A stretch of DNA of 59,137 bases, taken from positions 1 to 59,137 of the IMG/VR virus record IMGVR_UViG_3300002461_000254. One strand, 5' to 3'. A model generated the notes under the pieces. That model ran no database searches. It had not been told where the DNA came from and worked only from the letters and a program-made list of their open reading frames with translations. The DNA is from a virus (taxonomy: Duplodnaviria; Caudoviricetes). Position numbers and translations under genes: made by a program. Positions 47,855 through 55,864 of the stretch are shown one piece after another. How positions within the stretch are numbered: the stretch's first letter is position 1; each line of letters opens with the position of its first letter.

Positions 47855-48041
47855 GGCCTTCGACGTGATCGGCGTCATCCTCGGCCGCCTTCAAGAGGCC
47901 CATCTGCAGCAGTCGCAGCATCATGCGCGCCGCGTCGAGCGCAGTGTTGGCGCGAACCGTCGAGCCCTCGGCCCGGCCCAGCGTCTCAGACGCCTGGTGC
48001 AGCAGGTCGTAAGCCTCAACGTCGGTCAGCTTCAGCGGCAT
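47814..48041 (-). CDS. antisense moron, hypothetical protein
   Basis: 75 aa ORF filling the gap in the tail operon. Confidence 0.5.
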   Translation of the reverse strand: MPLKLTDVEAYDLLHQASETLGRAEGSTVRANTALDAARMMLRLLQMGLLKAAEDDADHVEGLIDPERSPLPPPG

Positions 48042-48092
48042 CGGTGGACGGTAGCAGCGCGCCGCGAAAGCGGGAACTGAAAAGGGTTCGGC

Positions 48093-48506
48093 ATGGCCGT
48101 CTACACCGACACGAAGGTCTGGCGGGCCCTCTCCGCCCGGCTCGCCACGCTGACATTCTCGCCGGCCCTGCCGGTGGCCTGGCCGAACTCGGCATTCGCG
48201 CCGCCCGGCGACCGCAAATGGCTGCGGGTCAACGAACTGCCGGCATCCACCACGCCTTTCGCCCTCTCGGGAGGCACGAGCGAGCGGGTCGGCCTCATGC
48301 AGGTGGACGTGTTCCGCCCCCTGAACGAGGGCCATGTCCCCGCCAAGGAGACGGCAGGCGCCATCGCCGCGCACTTCCCGCCGGCGCTCCGCCTGTTCAG
48401 CGAGGGCGTGAAGGTCGTCATCACCCGATCCGAACTCGGCCCGGTCCTGAAGCAGGACACCGAGATCATGCTGCCCGTGAGCATCCGCTGGCGAGCGTTC
48501 ACCTGA
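48093..48506 (+). CDS. tail terminator (DUF4128-like)
   Basis: VAWPN, GLMQVDVF. Confidence 0.8.
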   Translation: MAVYTDTKVWRALSARLATLTFSPALPVAWPNSAFAPPGDRKWLRVNELPASTTPFALSGGTSERVGLMQVDVFRPLNEGHVPAKETAGAIAAHFPPALRLFSEGVKVVITRSELGPVLKQDTEIMLPVSIRWRAFT

Positions 48507-48567
48507 CCCCGGCTCGAGCCGGCCACACGCCCCGTCCACGCGGGGTTTTTCACACTGGAGAGACCCC

Positions 48568-49050
48568 ATGACGGAGATCAACACGAGCCTGGGCGCCCGG
48601 CTCTACATCTCGAATGCCGCCGTTCTCGACACGATCGACACCGTGACCGAGTTTGAAGGCCTGACCTGGGTCGAGGTCGACCCGGTCGAGAACCTCGGCG
48701 ACTTCGGCGACGAGGCCGCGGCGGTGACGTTCTCCGGCCTCAAGGACGGCCGCATCCGCAAGCTGAAGGGCGCGCGGGATGCCGGCGAGCTCGCCGTCGT
48801 GGTCGGCCACAATCCGACGCAGGTCGGCCAGGTCGCGATGATCGCCGCCGAGGCCACCAAGTTCAACTACGGGTTCAAGGTCGAGATCCCCGACGCGCCG
48901 TCGAACCTCTACACCAACTCGGTCTTCTATTTCAGGGGCCGCGTGATGTCGAAGCGCATGAACGTCGGTGGCAACGGCGACGTGACCCGCAGGACCTTCA
49001 ACGTCGGCATCGACAGCCCGATTTACGAAGACCTGTCGGCGCTGATCTGA
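48568..49050 (+). CDS. major tail tube protein
   Basis: LGDFGD, RIRKLKGARDAG, FYFRGRVMS. Confidence 0.85.
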   Translation: MTEINTSLGARLYISNAAVLDTIDTVTEFEGLTWVEVDPVENLGDFGDEAAAVTFSGLKDGRIRKLKGARDAGELAVVVGHNPTQVGQVAMIAAEATKFNYGFKVEIPDAPSNLYTNSVFYFRGRVMSKRMNVGGNGDVTRRTFNVGIDSPIYEDLSALI

Positions 49051-49060
49051 GGACCGGTCG

Positions 49061-49381
49061 ATGACGATGAACGGCGATACGGACATCACCCTCAATGGCA
49101 AGCCGGTCACCCTGAAGTGCACCCCCCGTGCGCTTCGGGACCTGGATGGCATGGCCGGCAGCTTCAACGACATCCTCAACGGGCTCGTAAGCTTCCGCTT
49201 TTCGACCTACTGCGCCGTCGTCGGCGCCGGTCTCGGCAAGCGTCCCAACATGGTCGAGGACGACGTCTTCGCCTCGGGCCTCGACAATCTCGTCGGCCCG
49301 CTGACCGAGTACGTCGGCCGGCTGATGCGCGGCGGCCGTGAGGCGCCCACCGAGGAGGAGAAGGCCACGGGGGAAGCCTGA
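49061..49381 (+). CDS. tail assembly chaperone (gpG-like)
   Basis: After tail tube; slippery GGGGGAA near the stop. Confidence 0.75.
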   Translation: MTMNGDTDITLNGKPVTLKCTPRALRDLDGMAGSFNDILNGLVSFRFSTYCAVVGAGLGKRPNMVEDDVFASGLDNLVGPLTEYVGRLMRGGREAPTEEEKATGEA

Positions 49382-49629
49382 CCCACTCCGCCTACTTCAC
49401 CTGGCTCATGGAGATCGGGATGGGGTGGATGGGGTGGGACGAAGAGACGACGCTGGACAGCCGCATGACCAGCATCGTCACGGCCTATGAGGGTCGGCAA
49501 GGCATGCTGCGCGCCATTTTTGGCGGCAGCGACAAGGCCAAGCCTGCGGTCGCCGACGGGCTGGTGTCGGCGAAGGACCCGGCCGCGGTGAAGGCCCTGT
49601 TCATGGGGCTGAAGGCCAGGGAGGGTTAG
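49369..49629 (+). CDS. gpT-like -1 frameshift extension
   Basis: Open -1 frame from GGGGGAA: GSLTHSAYFTWLMEIGMGWMGW... Confidence 0.7.
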   Translation, partial: GGSLTHSAYFTWLMEIGMGWMGWDEETTLDSRMTSIVTAYEGRQGMLRAIFGGSDKAKPAVADGLVSAKDPAAVKALFMGLKAREG

Positions 49630-49633
49630 GTGG

Positions 49634-50050
49634 TCAGTGCACTTTTGGAGGCGCGTCGGGCGGCCCATCCTTCAACGCTGAAACTACTCTTTCCAGCGGC
49701 TCTATCAACTGCGGAGGAACGACAACCCCAAGCTCAAACACGTTGTCGAACTGGAGCATCAACGCCGGGTTTTTGGTCTGATCCGCAGCCGGACGAGCCC
49801 CAGTCAAAGTGAGAGGCTGAAGGAGGGCGCTGTCCGCCCCTGCTTTGATGGCAAGGGCCATGTGCTCTGCTTTCAGGCGAGCGACAAGATGCCCGACCGC
49901 GCCGTGTGGAATAGCGATGTTGAGTGTTTTGTCGTCGTCGGTTTCCAGTGCGACGACAAGGCAGTTTCGTTCGATGAATGCCGCAACCGAAACCACGGTT
50001 CGGACATCATGCACCTTCTTCGCGATCCGCACTTCTCGCGATTTCTTCAT
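49634..50050 (-). CDS. hypothetical protein (moron)
   Basis: GGAG RBS; 138 aa. Confidence 0.6.
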   Translation of the reverse strand: MKKSREVRIAKKVHDVRTVVSVAAFIERNCLVVALETDDDKTLNIAIPHGAVGHLVARLKAEHMALAIKAGADSALLQPLTLTGARPAADQTKNPALMLQFDNVFELGVVVPPQLIEPLERVVSALKDGPPDAPPKVH

Positions 50051-50120
50051 TGCGCTCTCCCTTATGAGGCGCGCATCCCATCACTGGCGCAACCGAGAGT
50101 CGACTAAGGGAAGGTACGGA

Positions 50121-50312
50121 TCAGGGCTTCAGATAGCCGTGGGCAGTGAGCCAGTCGCGCAGGATGCGGCGCACCGCCTCGGGGCGGGGGACGGACTGCT
50201 CCAGCGCGAAGGCGTCGAGGGCCGACAGGTCAGGTTCTTGGACGCGCGTCTTGATCGCATCCGATAGAACCGGCGGCCTGCCACGAGATTTTATGGGACC
50301 ATCTATTGACAT
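50121..50312 (-). CDS. ribbon-helix-helix (Arc/CopG-like) repressor
   Basis: RGRPP...LDAFA...RPEAVRRILRDWL. Confidence 0.8.
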   Translation of the reverse strand: MSIDGPIKSRGRPPVLSDAIKTRVQEPDLSALDAFALEQSVPRPEAVRRILRDWLTAHGYLKP

Positions 50313-50335
50313 CGTTCTTTGATGGTCCCATAAAA
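50289..50335 (+). promoter_or_regulatory. operator/promoter of the moron
   Basis: Perfect 15-bp inverted repeat TTTTATGGGACCATC / GATGGTCCCATAAAA flanking TTGACA. Confidence 0.75.
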
Positions 50336-50549
50336 GAGCGAGCCAAGCAAGAGGTTGCAGCCTCTGGCCTGGCTCTCACCTCAACCGACCTGTGATGGAG
50401 ATCGGTCATGGCTGTTCGCCTCATACCTCTTTCGTCGCTTTTCCGCGACCCCCTCGTCCGCCGCGCCTTCGAACGCGCCGAGCGGGACAACCCCGGCGCC
50501 AATGCGTTGCCCGTGCGTTCCCCGGTTCTGTCTGGCGGGGAGGCGGCCC

Positions 50550-50852
50550 ATGCACCGGCGTAATTTCCTTGCGGCGGCAGCGACCGTCGCCCTTCCCACC
50601 GCCGCAGTCGCGGCAACCGTCTCGCTGTATGCGGCTGATGTCGCCGCGATCCAGGCTCTGGCCGACAAGGTGGCAGCCCTCTGCGAGGACTGCTCCCGTT
50701 GCCGGGCAGTATACGAGGCCGGCGGCGATCAGGACTGCGAAGCCTGGACGCTCGCCTCGGACGAGCTTCTGCGAGCGCAGGTCGAATTCACGCGGGCCAA
50801 GGCCGCCCTTCATCAACGCGTCATGACGGACGCCGGCATTCCGACCTTCTGA
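50550..50852 (+). CDS. hypothetical protein with Tat-like N-terminus
   Basis: MHRRNFLAAAATVAL. Confidence 0.6.
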   Translation: MHRRNFLAAAATVALPTAAVAATVSLYAADVAAIQALADKVAALCEDCSRCRAVYEAGGDQDCEAWTLASDELLRAQVEFTRAKAALHQRVMTDAGIPTF

Positions 50853-50973
50853 TCACCGAACTTCGCCCTCTGGCAGGGGCAAGACGCGAACCGAGCTTCA
50901 CAGCGCCCGGTATCGCGAAAGCGAACCCGTGCGTCCGGGCCTGCCAGGGCCGGGCGCTGTGGAGACTACGAAA

Positions 50974-51636
50974 ATGGCAAAAGCACCCAAGACCGAGGCG
51001 AAGGGCTTCGAGCTACCGCCCCTCAACATCGGCGTCATGGAGGTGACGCTGATCGGCGACAGTCCGCTCATCGTCCACGCATGGAGCCGCAAGGCCAAGC
51101 TGGAGATGCTCGGCAAGCAGATGAAGCAGGCCAAGGGCGCCAAGGAGGCGAAGGATCCCAAGGCCGACTTCGAAGCCTCGCTCTACCGCCTGGACGACGG
51201 CTACGGCTTCCCGTCGGTGGCGTTCAAGAACGCAGCCGTCACTGCCGGCACGTCGGTGTCCGGCATCACCAAGGTGGCGGCGCGGCAGGCTTTCCATGTG
51301 CTCGGCGAGGACGCCGACGTGGCAGGCGCGTTCGACGGCGCCAAGTCGCGCGTGAACCTTGTTCGCATCATGGGCGGCGAGCCGACGATGCGCGAGGACA
51401 TGGTCCGCGTCGGCATGGGCACTGCCGACCTGCGCTACCGCGGGGAGTTCACCGACTGGTGGGCGAAAATCCTCGTCCGCTACAACGCGAACGTCCTTTC
51501 GGAAGCGCAGATCCTGAACCTGCTCAACGTCGCCGGCTTCGCTGTCGGCGTCGGCGAGTGGAGGCCGGAGCGCGATGGCATGGGCGGCATGTTCCATGTC
51601 GCCACCGAGAAGGACCTCGAGAGGATCGGCGCATGA
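50974..51636 (+). CDS. solo Cas7/RAMP-like protein
   Basis: VTLIGDSPLIVH, YGFPSVAFKNAA, RYRGEF..W...V.Y, and C-terminal Gly loop AGFAVGVGEWRP...GGMFHV. Confidence 0.7.
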   Translation: MAKAPKTEAKGFELPPLNIGVMEVTLIGDSPLIVHAWSRKAKLEMLGKQMKQAKGAKEAKDPKADFEASLYRLDDGYGFPSVAFKNAAVTAGTSVSGITKVAARQAFHVLGEDADVAGAFDGAKSRVNLVRIMGGEPTMREDMVRVGMGTADLRYRGEFTDWWAKILVRYNANVLSEAQILNLLNVAGFAVGVGEWRPERDGMGGMFHVATEKDLERIGA

Positions 51637-52139
51637 GGGTCGCCGGTTACGAGTTCTCCGAGGGCGCCCGCTTCCAGGCGGGAGCCAGCCAGGACCCCAA
51701 GGTGGTAGGCGAGCATCTGGACCTTCTTCGGAAGCAACAGCATGGCGAACTCACCCCCGAGGATGTCGTCGCCGATGCTCGAAACCCGAACAGCCCTCTC
51801 CACTCGTTTTTCGAGTGGGACGACAGCGCCGCAGCGGAGCAGTATCGGCTCCAGCAAGCGCGCGGGCTGATCCGCGCCGTGGTCGCCATCTACGTCCGCG
51901 AGGACAAGCCAGCGGTCCGGACTAAGGCTTTTGTCCACATCAACGAGCCGGGCGCGCCGCACTATCGCGAGGCCGGCCACGCCATGAGCCTGACGAAGAC
52001 CCGAAAGATGGTCCTCCAGCGAGCGTGGCAGGAGTTGCAGGCATGGAGGAAGCGATACCGCGACCTTCAGGAGTTCAGCGAGCTCTTCGACGTGATCGAC
52101 GATGTCGAGAAGCATCTGCCGAAGAAGACGGGCCACTGA
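51633..52139 (+). CDS. accessory protein coupled to the RAMP-like gene
   Basis: ATGA overlap; GELTPEDVVADARNPNSPLHSFFEWDD...RLQQARGLI. Confidence 0.75.
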   Translation: MRVAGYEFSEGARFQAGASQDPKVVGEHLDLLRKQQHGELTPEDVVADARNPNSPLHSFFEWDDSAAAEQYRLQQARGLIRAVVAIYVREDKPAVRTKAFVHINEPGAPHYREAGHAMSLTKTRKMVLQRAWQELQAWRKRYRDLQEFSELFDVIDDVEKHLPKKTGH

Positions 52140-52192
52140 CGGCCAGGGTTACGGCGAGAGTTCCCTAAAACCTCGCGCCCGCAAGGGTTCAC

Positions 52193-52415
52193 GGCAGGCA
52201 AGGCGGGGTGAGTTGTGGCACGGCAAGTCCGGGCACGGGTTGCAAGGCAGGCTTGGCAAGGTGGGGTTTGGCTTGTCACGTCGAGGCATGGCCGGGCAGG
52301 CGAGGTGGGGCAAGGCACGTCCCGGCAAGCCGCGGATAGGTGTGGCAGGAATGGCGTCGCGAGTTGTGGCGCGGCCCGCTCTGGTGGGGCATGGCCGGCC
52401 ATGGTCAGACAGGCA
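52193..52415 (+). ncRNA. (GGY-NN)n pentamer array in four units; putative guide RNAs
   Basis: Strict 5-nt periodicity with GGCA junctions at 52193, 52246, 52295, 52344 and 52412. Confidence 0.8.
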
Positions 52416-52422
52416 GTTGAAG

Positions 52423-52448
52423 GGGCCTCGGCGCGAATGCCGGGGCTT
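52423..52448 (+). terminator. hairpin closing the array
   Basis: GGGCCTCGGC-GCGAAT-GCCGGGGCTT between convergent transcription units. Confidence 0.55.
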
Positions 52449-52453
52449 AGCCT

Positions 52454-52891
52454 CTAGGGGCAGTTGAATGGGGCGCGGGTAGCCGCGACGATGCACTGGT
52501 TGGCGGCGTTGCCGCAGATCGTCTGCATTGTGCCGGCCACGGTGAGGCGCCCGCGCATCTGGTAGCCGACAGGACAGGCCGATGCGGGAGCGGCTGCGCG
52601 GCGGGCAGGGGCGGTAGTCGCTGGCCGCGTCGGCGCCTGGTTGATGATCGTAGTGTTGTTGATCGTCGACGGTGCCGCGGCGGCAGGACGAGGCCCGACC
52701 CTTACGTTCAAGTTGACGCGAGGCGTGCTCACTCGTGGCGCACGAACGCGAGCCGCGCTCCGCGCGCGAGGCCTAGACGATCGCGCGGATGACCGACGCC
52801 CGCGGCGCATCTCAATAGTGGTTTGCGGAATATCCAGCGCCGCCGTCGGAGCGGCGACAAGAAGATGGGCAGCAAAAAGCAATTCGATCAT
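52454..52891 (-). CDS. secreted Arg/Pro/Ala-rich protein with Cys-containing C-terminus
   Basis: Signal peptide; GGAGG RBS. Confidence 0.55.
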   Translation of the reverse strand: MIELLFAAHLLVAAPTAALDIPQTTIEMRRGRRSSARSSRPRARSAARVRAPRVSTPRVNLNVRVGPRPAAAAPSTINNTTIINQAPTRPATTAPARRAAAPASACPVGYQMRGRLTVAGTMQTICGNAANQCIVAATRAPFNCP

Positions 52892-52964
52892 CGTTTCCTC
52901 CCGCGAAGCTATCGTTAGATGGGCCGATGCTCGCAGAGGTGGTACCGGCTGTCGAGTCGCACAG

Positions 52965-53153
52965 CTAGAGCGGCCTTCCGTATTGATCATACCGCGGTCC
53001 CTTCACCGGCACCGCGATGAGCGCAATCAGGCTGAGGACCGGGAAGAGAAGCCCGAGCAAAAACCAGCCCAGTCCGCTGCGGTTCTTTGACCGCGCGATG
53101 AACGCGCAGAAGCCAGCGGCAACCAACCAGGCGAACAGGATCAGCGGCTCCAT
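52965..53153 (-). CDS. small two-TM membrane protein
   Basis: IARSKNRSGLGWFLLGLLF. Confidence 0.7.
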   Translation of the reverse strand: MEPLILFAWLVAAGFCAFIARSKNRSGLGWFLLGLLFPVLSLIALIAVPVKGPRYDQYGRPL

Positions 53154-53183
53154 GCCGTGCGCTCCGCATAAAAGGAAACGTCG

Positions 53184-55256
53184 ATGACCGACGCGGCCGT
53201 TCTTGGCATCGAAATCAAGACCAAAGGCGCCGATGAGGCAAGGCGCCAGCTTGAGAGCATGTCGAAGTCGTCATCCTCTGCCGAGAAGGCTGTATCCGAT
53301 CTTGCGCGCGGTGTGGGGGTATCCAGCGAAGAAATGGTGCGGCGGCTCCAGACTGCCGCCAAGGCCGCCGACGACTTCAAGCGAGCCGGCAATGCGGCAG
53401 GCGCCAACCTGGCGGACTTCGGACGGGCTGCCGATGGGGCCGGGCGCCAGGTCAGTGACCTGACCGGTGGCGTCAATCGTTTCGGTGTGTCGTTCGCTCG
53501 AGCTTTCTCCGCCGCGGTCATCACGGCGGGCATCGCGGGGGCAGTCAAGGCACTCTCCGACCTCAAGGCCGAGCTTCTCGACATCGAAAACGTTGCCAAC
53601 CTGGCCGGCCTCTCTGTGGAAAGGATGACCGCCTATCAGCAGATTGGCCGGTCGGTAGGCGTCGCCGGCGAAGAGACATCGCGGAATCTTCGTGGCATCG
53701 CCGAAAAGCTGAACGAGGCGCAGAACAGCGAGAACAGCCTGACCCGGATTCTTCGCGCAAATAACATCGCGTTCAAGGACCGCGAGGGCGCCGTCATTAG
53801 CGTCAATCAGGCAATGGAGATCGCCGCCGGCCTGATCGAGCGGGCCAAGACCGAGCTCGACAAGATCGATATCGCCAAGGCGCTTGGCCTCACGGAAAAC
53901 TGGGTTCAGATACTGGAGAAGGGCCCCCGGGCGCTCCAGCAGTCGCTCGGGGAAGTCGAGCGGCTTGGGACCGGCATCAACACCGAGATGGTCGAAAAGG
54001 CCCGCGCTTTTGAAAACGCCTGGAACCAGGCTATGGCGAATTGGGCCACCTATTCGAAGTCGGTCATCTACGACTTGGGCAAGTATATCGGCGGGCTGAT
54101 CACCCAAGCCCAGCGCCTTGCAAACATGGCGCCCGACCAAATCCAGGATGCAACATCACGCGCGACCGCGCGTGGGGATCGAGCGAATGGCGTCTACGAC
54201 CCCGCCACTGGCACATGGAGCGGGCCGAGCCCCAATATGGCTCCGGATGGCTCTTATGTGTCGTTTCTCCCCCCGACCCCGGTCGACCGGCCTCCTGAAA
54301 GCACGATCTCCGGAGAGACAAACGTCCCGCGGGGTCGCGCTCGATCTGGCGGCGGCGGCGGGGGTAACGATACCCTATCTTCCTTCGACCGCTCCCTTCG
54401 CCAAATGGAGGAGCGCAACGCCCTCGCCCGCCAGGAACTGGCGACGATGGGCCTCTCCACACAGCAGCGCGAGGCCGCGCTCGCCTATGAGCGCGCGCTG
54501 AACGTTGCCAAGCGGGACGGGGAGACGCTCACGGAGGACCAGCTCCAGAAGCTGCGGGCGCAGTCCGAGGAGTACGGCCGCATCCAGGCGCAATTGGAGC
54601 AGACCAAGAGGCTGATGCGCGAGCTGCGCGAGCTGTCCGACTTCGCCCGCTCCACCGTCTCCGGCCTGTTCACCGACACGCTCTCCGGGATCCAGCAGGG
54701 CAAGGGGGTGTGGGAGAGCTTCGCTCAGGCCGCCGTGAGCGCGCTCAACAAGATCTCCAACAAGCTGGCCGAGATGGCGATCAACGGCCTCTGGGAGGCG
54801 GCATTCCCGACGTCTGGCGGGGGCGGCGGTGGCCTCTTCGGCGCGCTCCTCGGCGGTGTGCTTGGCGGCCTGGGAGGCGGCGGGGACAAGTTCGCCATCA
54901 AGGCGGCCCAGGGCGCTGTCATCCGGCACGGAAACGTCGTGCCGTTCGCCAAGGGCGGCATCGTGACCGGGCCGACGACCTTCCCGATGTCGGGCGGGCG
55001 CACCGGCCTGATGGGCGAGGCAGGCGAGGAAGGCATCTTCCCGATCCGCCGCATGTCCAACGGCGACATGGGCGTCGCCGCTGCAAACTCGAACCGGCCG
55101 CAGTCGATCAGCCTGACCGTCGTGGTCGAGGGCGCCAACGGCGACCAGCACGTCATCGATCTCGTCCGCCAGGGCGTCGAGGCCGGCATGTCGCAGGTGC
55201 AGGCCAACATCGTGCCCACGGTGCGCGAAGGTCTCAGGCGGGGGGCTCTGCGGTGA
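53184..55256 (+). CDS. tail tape measure protein
   Basis: Long helical protein; C-terminal PFAKGGIVTGPT...MGEAGEEGIFP. Confidence 0.92.
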   Translation: MTDAAVLGIEIKTKGADEARRQLESMSKSSSSAEKAVSDLARGVGVSSEEMVRRLQTAAKAADDFKRAGNAAGANLADFGRAADGAGRQVSDLTGGVNRFGVSFARAFSAAVITAGIAGAVKALSDLKAELLDIENVANLAGLSVERMTAYQQIGRSVGVAGEETSRNLRGIAEKLNEAQNSENSLTRILRANNIAFKDREGAVISVNQAMEIAAGLIERAKTELDKIDIAKALGLTENWVQILEKGPRALQQSLGEVERLGTGINTEMVEKARAFENAWNQAMANWATYSKSVIYDLGKYIGGLITQAQRLANMAPDQIQDATSRATARGDRANGVYDPATGTWSGPSPNMAPDGSYVSFLPPTPVDRPPESTISGETNVPRGRARSGGGGGGNDTLSSFDRSLRQMEERNALARQELATMGLSTQQREAALAYERALNVAKRDGETLTEDQLQKLRAQSEEYGRIQAQLEQTKRLMRELRELSDFARSTVSGLFTDTLSGIQQGKGVWESFAQAAVSALNKISNKLAEMAINGLWEAAFPTSGGGGGGLFGALLGGVLGGLGGGGDKFAIKAAQGAVIRHGNVVPFAKGGIVTGPTTFPMSGGRTGLMGEAGEEGIFPIRRMSNGDMGVAAANSNRPQSISLTVVVEGANGDQHVIDLVRQGVEAGMSQVQANIVPTVREGLRRGALR

Positions 55257-55864
55257 CGATCACTTATCCGCGCGAGTTCCCAGCCGGCTCCGATTTCGAG
55301 AGCGTGCAGTTCGATCTGCAGCGCTACGACCTGACCTCGCAGGCAGTACGCGGCACCGCGCAGGTCATGGAGAACGCGGTCCCGCTCTGGATGTCCGAGT
55401 ACCAGGTCGTGCCCATGGAGCGGGAGGGGTTCCAGCGGTTCCAGGCGTGGCTCAACAGCCTCCGCGGCGGCGCCAAGCACTTCTGGGGGCATGACCCCGC
55501 CCGTGAGTATCCGGCCTACTACGGCCCCTCGGCGCCGGCCAACAGTTGTACCCTGGCAACGACCGTCTCGGCTGGCTTCACCCTGGCTCTCTCGGGCCTG
55601 CCTTCAGGCTACCGGTTCACGACGGGCGACCTCGTGGCCGTGCGCACGGAGACCAGCCGGTCGCTGCATGAGGTGCAGGAGGACGTGACGGCCACGACCT
55701 CGGCAACCATCACCGTCGAGCCCCGCATCGCGATCACGCTCACGTCGGGCGCGCAGGTCGATCTCGTGCGGGCCGCAGCCAAGATGCGGCTGGTCGAGAA
55801 ATCAGGTCTTCGCCGCGGTGCAAACCCTTCGGGCCTCTCCTTCTCCGCCATGCAGGTGCTCTGA
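55253..55864 (+). CDS. distal tail protein-like
   Basis: After TMP; AWLNSLRGG, GYRFTTGD. Confidence 0.7.
   Translation: MTITYPREFPAGSDFESVQFDLQRYDLTSQAVRGTAQVMENAVPLWMSEYQVVPMEREGFQRFQAWLNSLRGGAKHFWGHDPAREYPAYYGPSAPANSCTLATTVSAGFTLALSGLPSGYRFTTGDLVAVRTETSRSLHEVQEDVTATTSATITVEPRIAITLTSGAQVDLVRAAAKMRLVEKSGLRRGANPSGLSFSAMQVL

Noticed and set aside
52193-52415. Canonical CRISPR array or simple microsatellite
   Set aside because: No long identical repeats with spacers; the variable positions are non-repeating
52067-52496. ORFs over the pentamer array (e.g. 52102-52467, 52149-52496)
   Set aside because: Low-complexity G/R/A or P/C translations are by-products of 5-nt periodicity, which is not codon-compatible
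54656-54682. Array unit 2 match to the TMP (VSGLFTDTL)
   Set aside because: Only 12/18 positions; suggestive of a homologous target but within chance. The portal N-terminus gives 11/18
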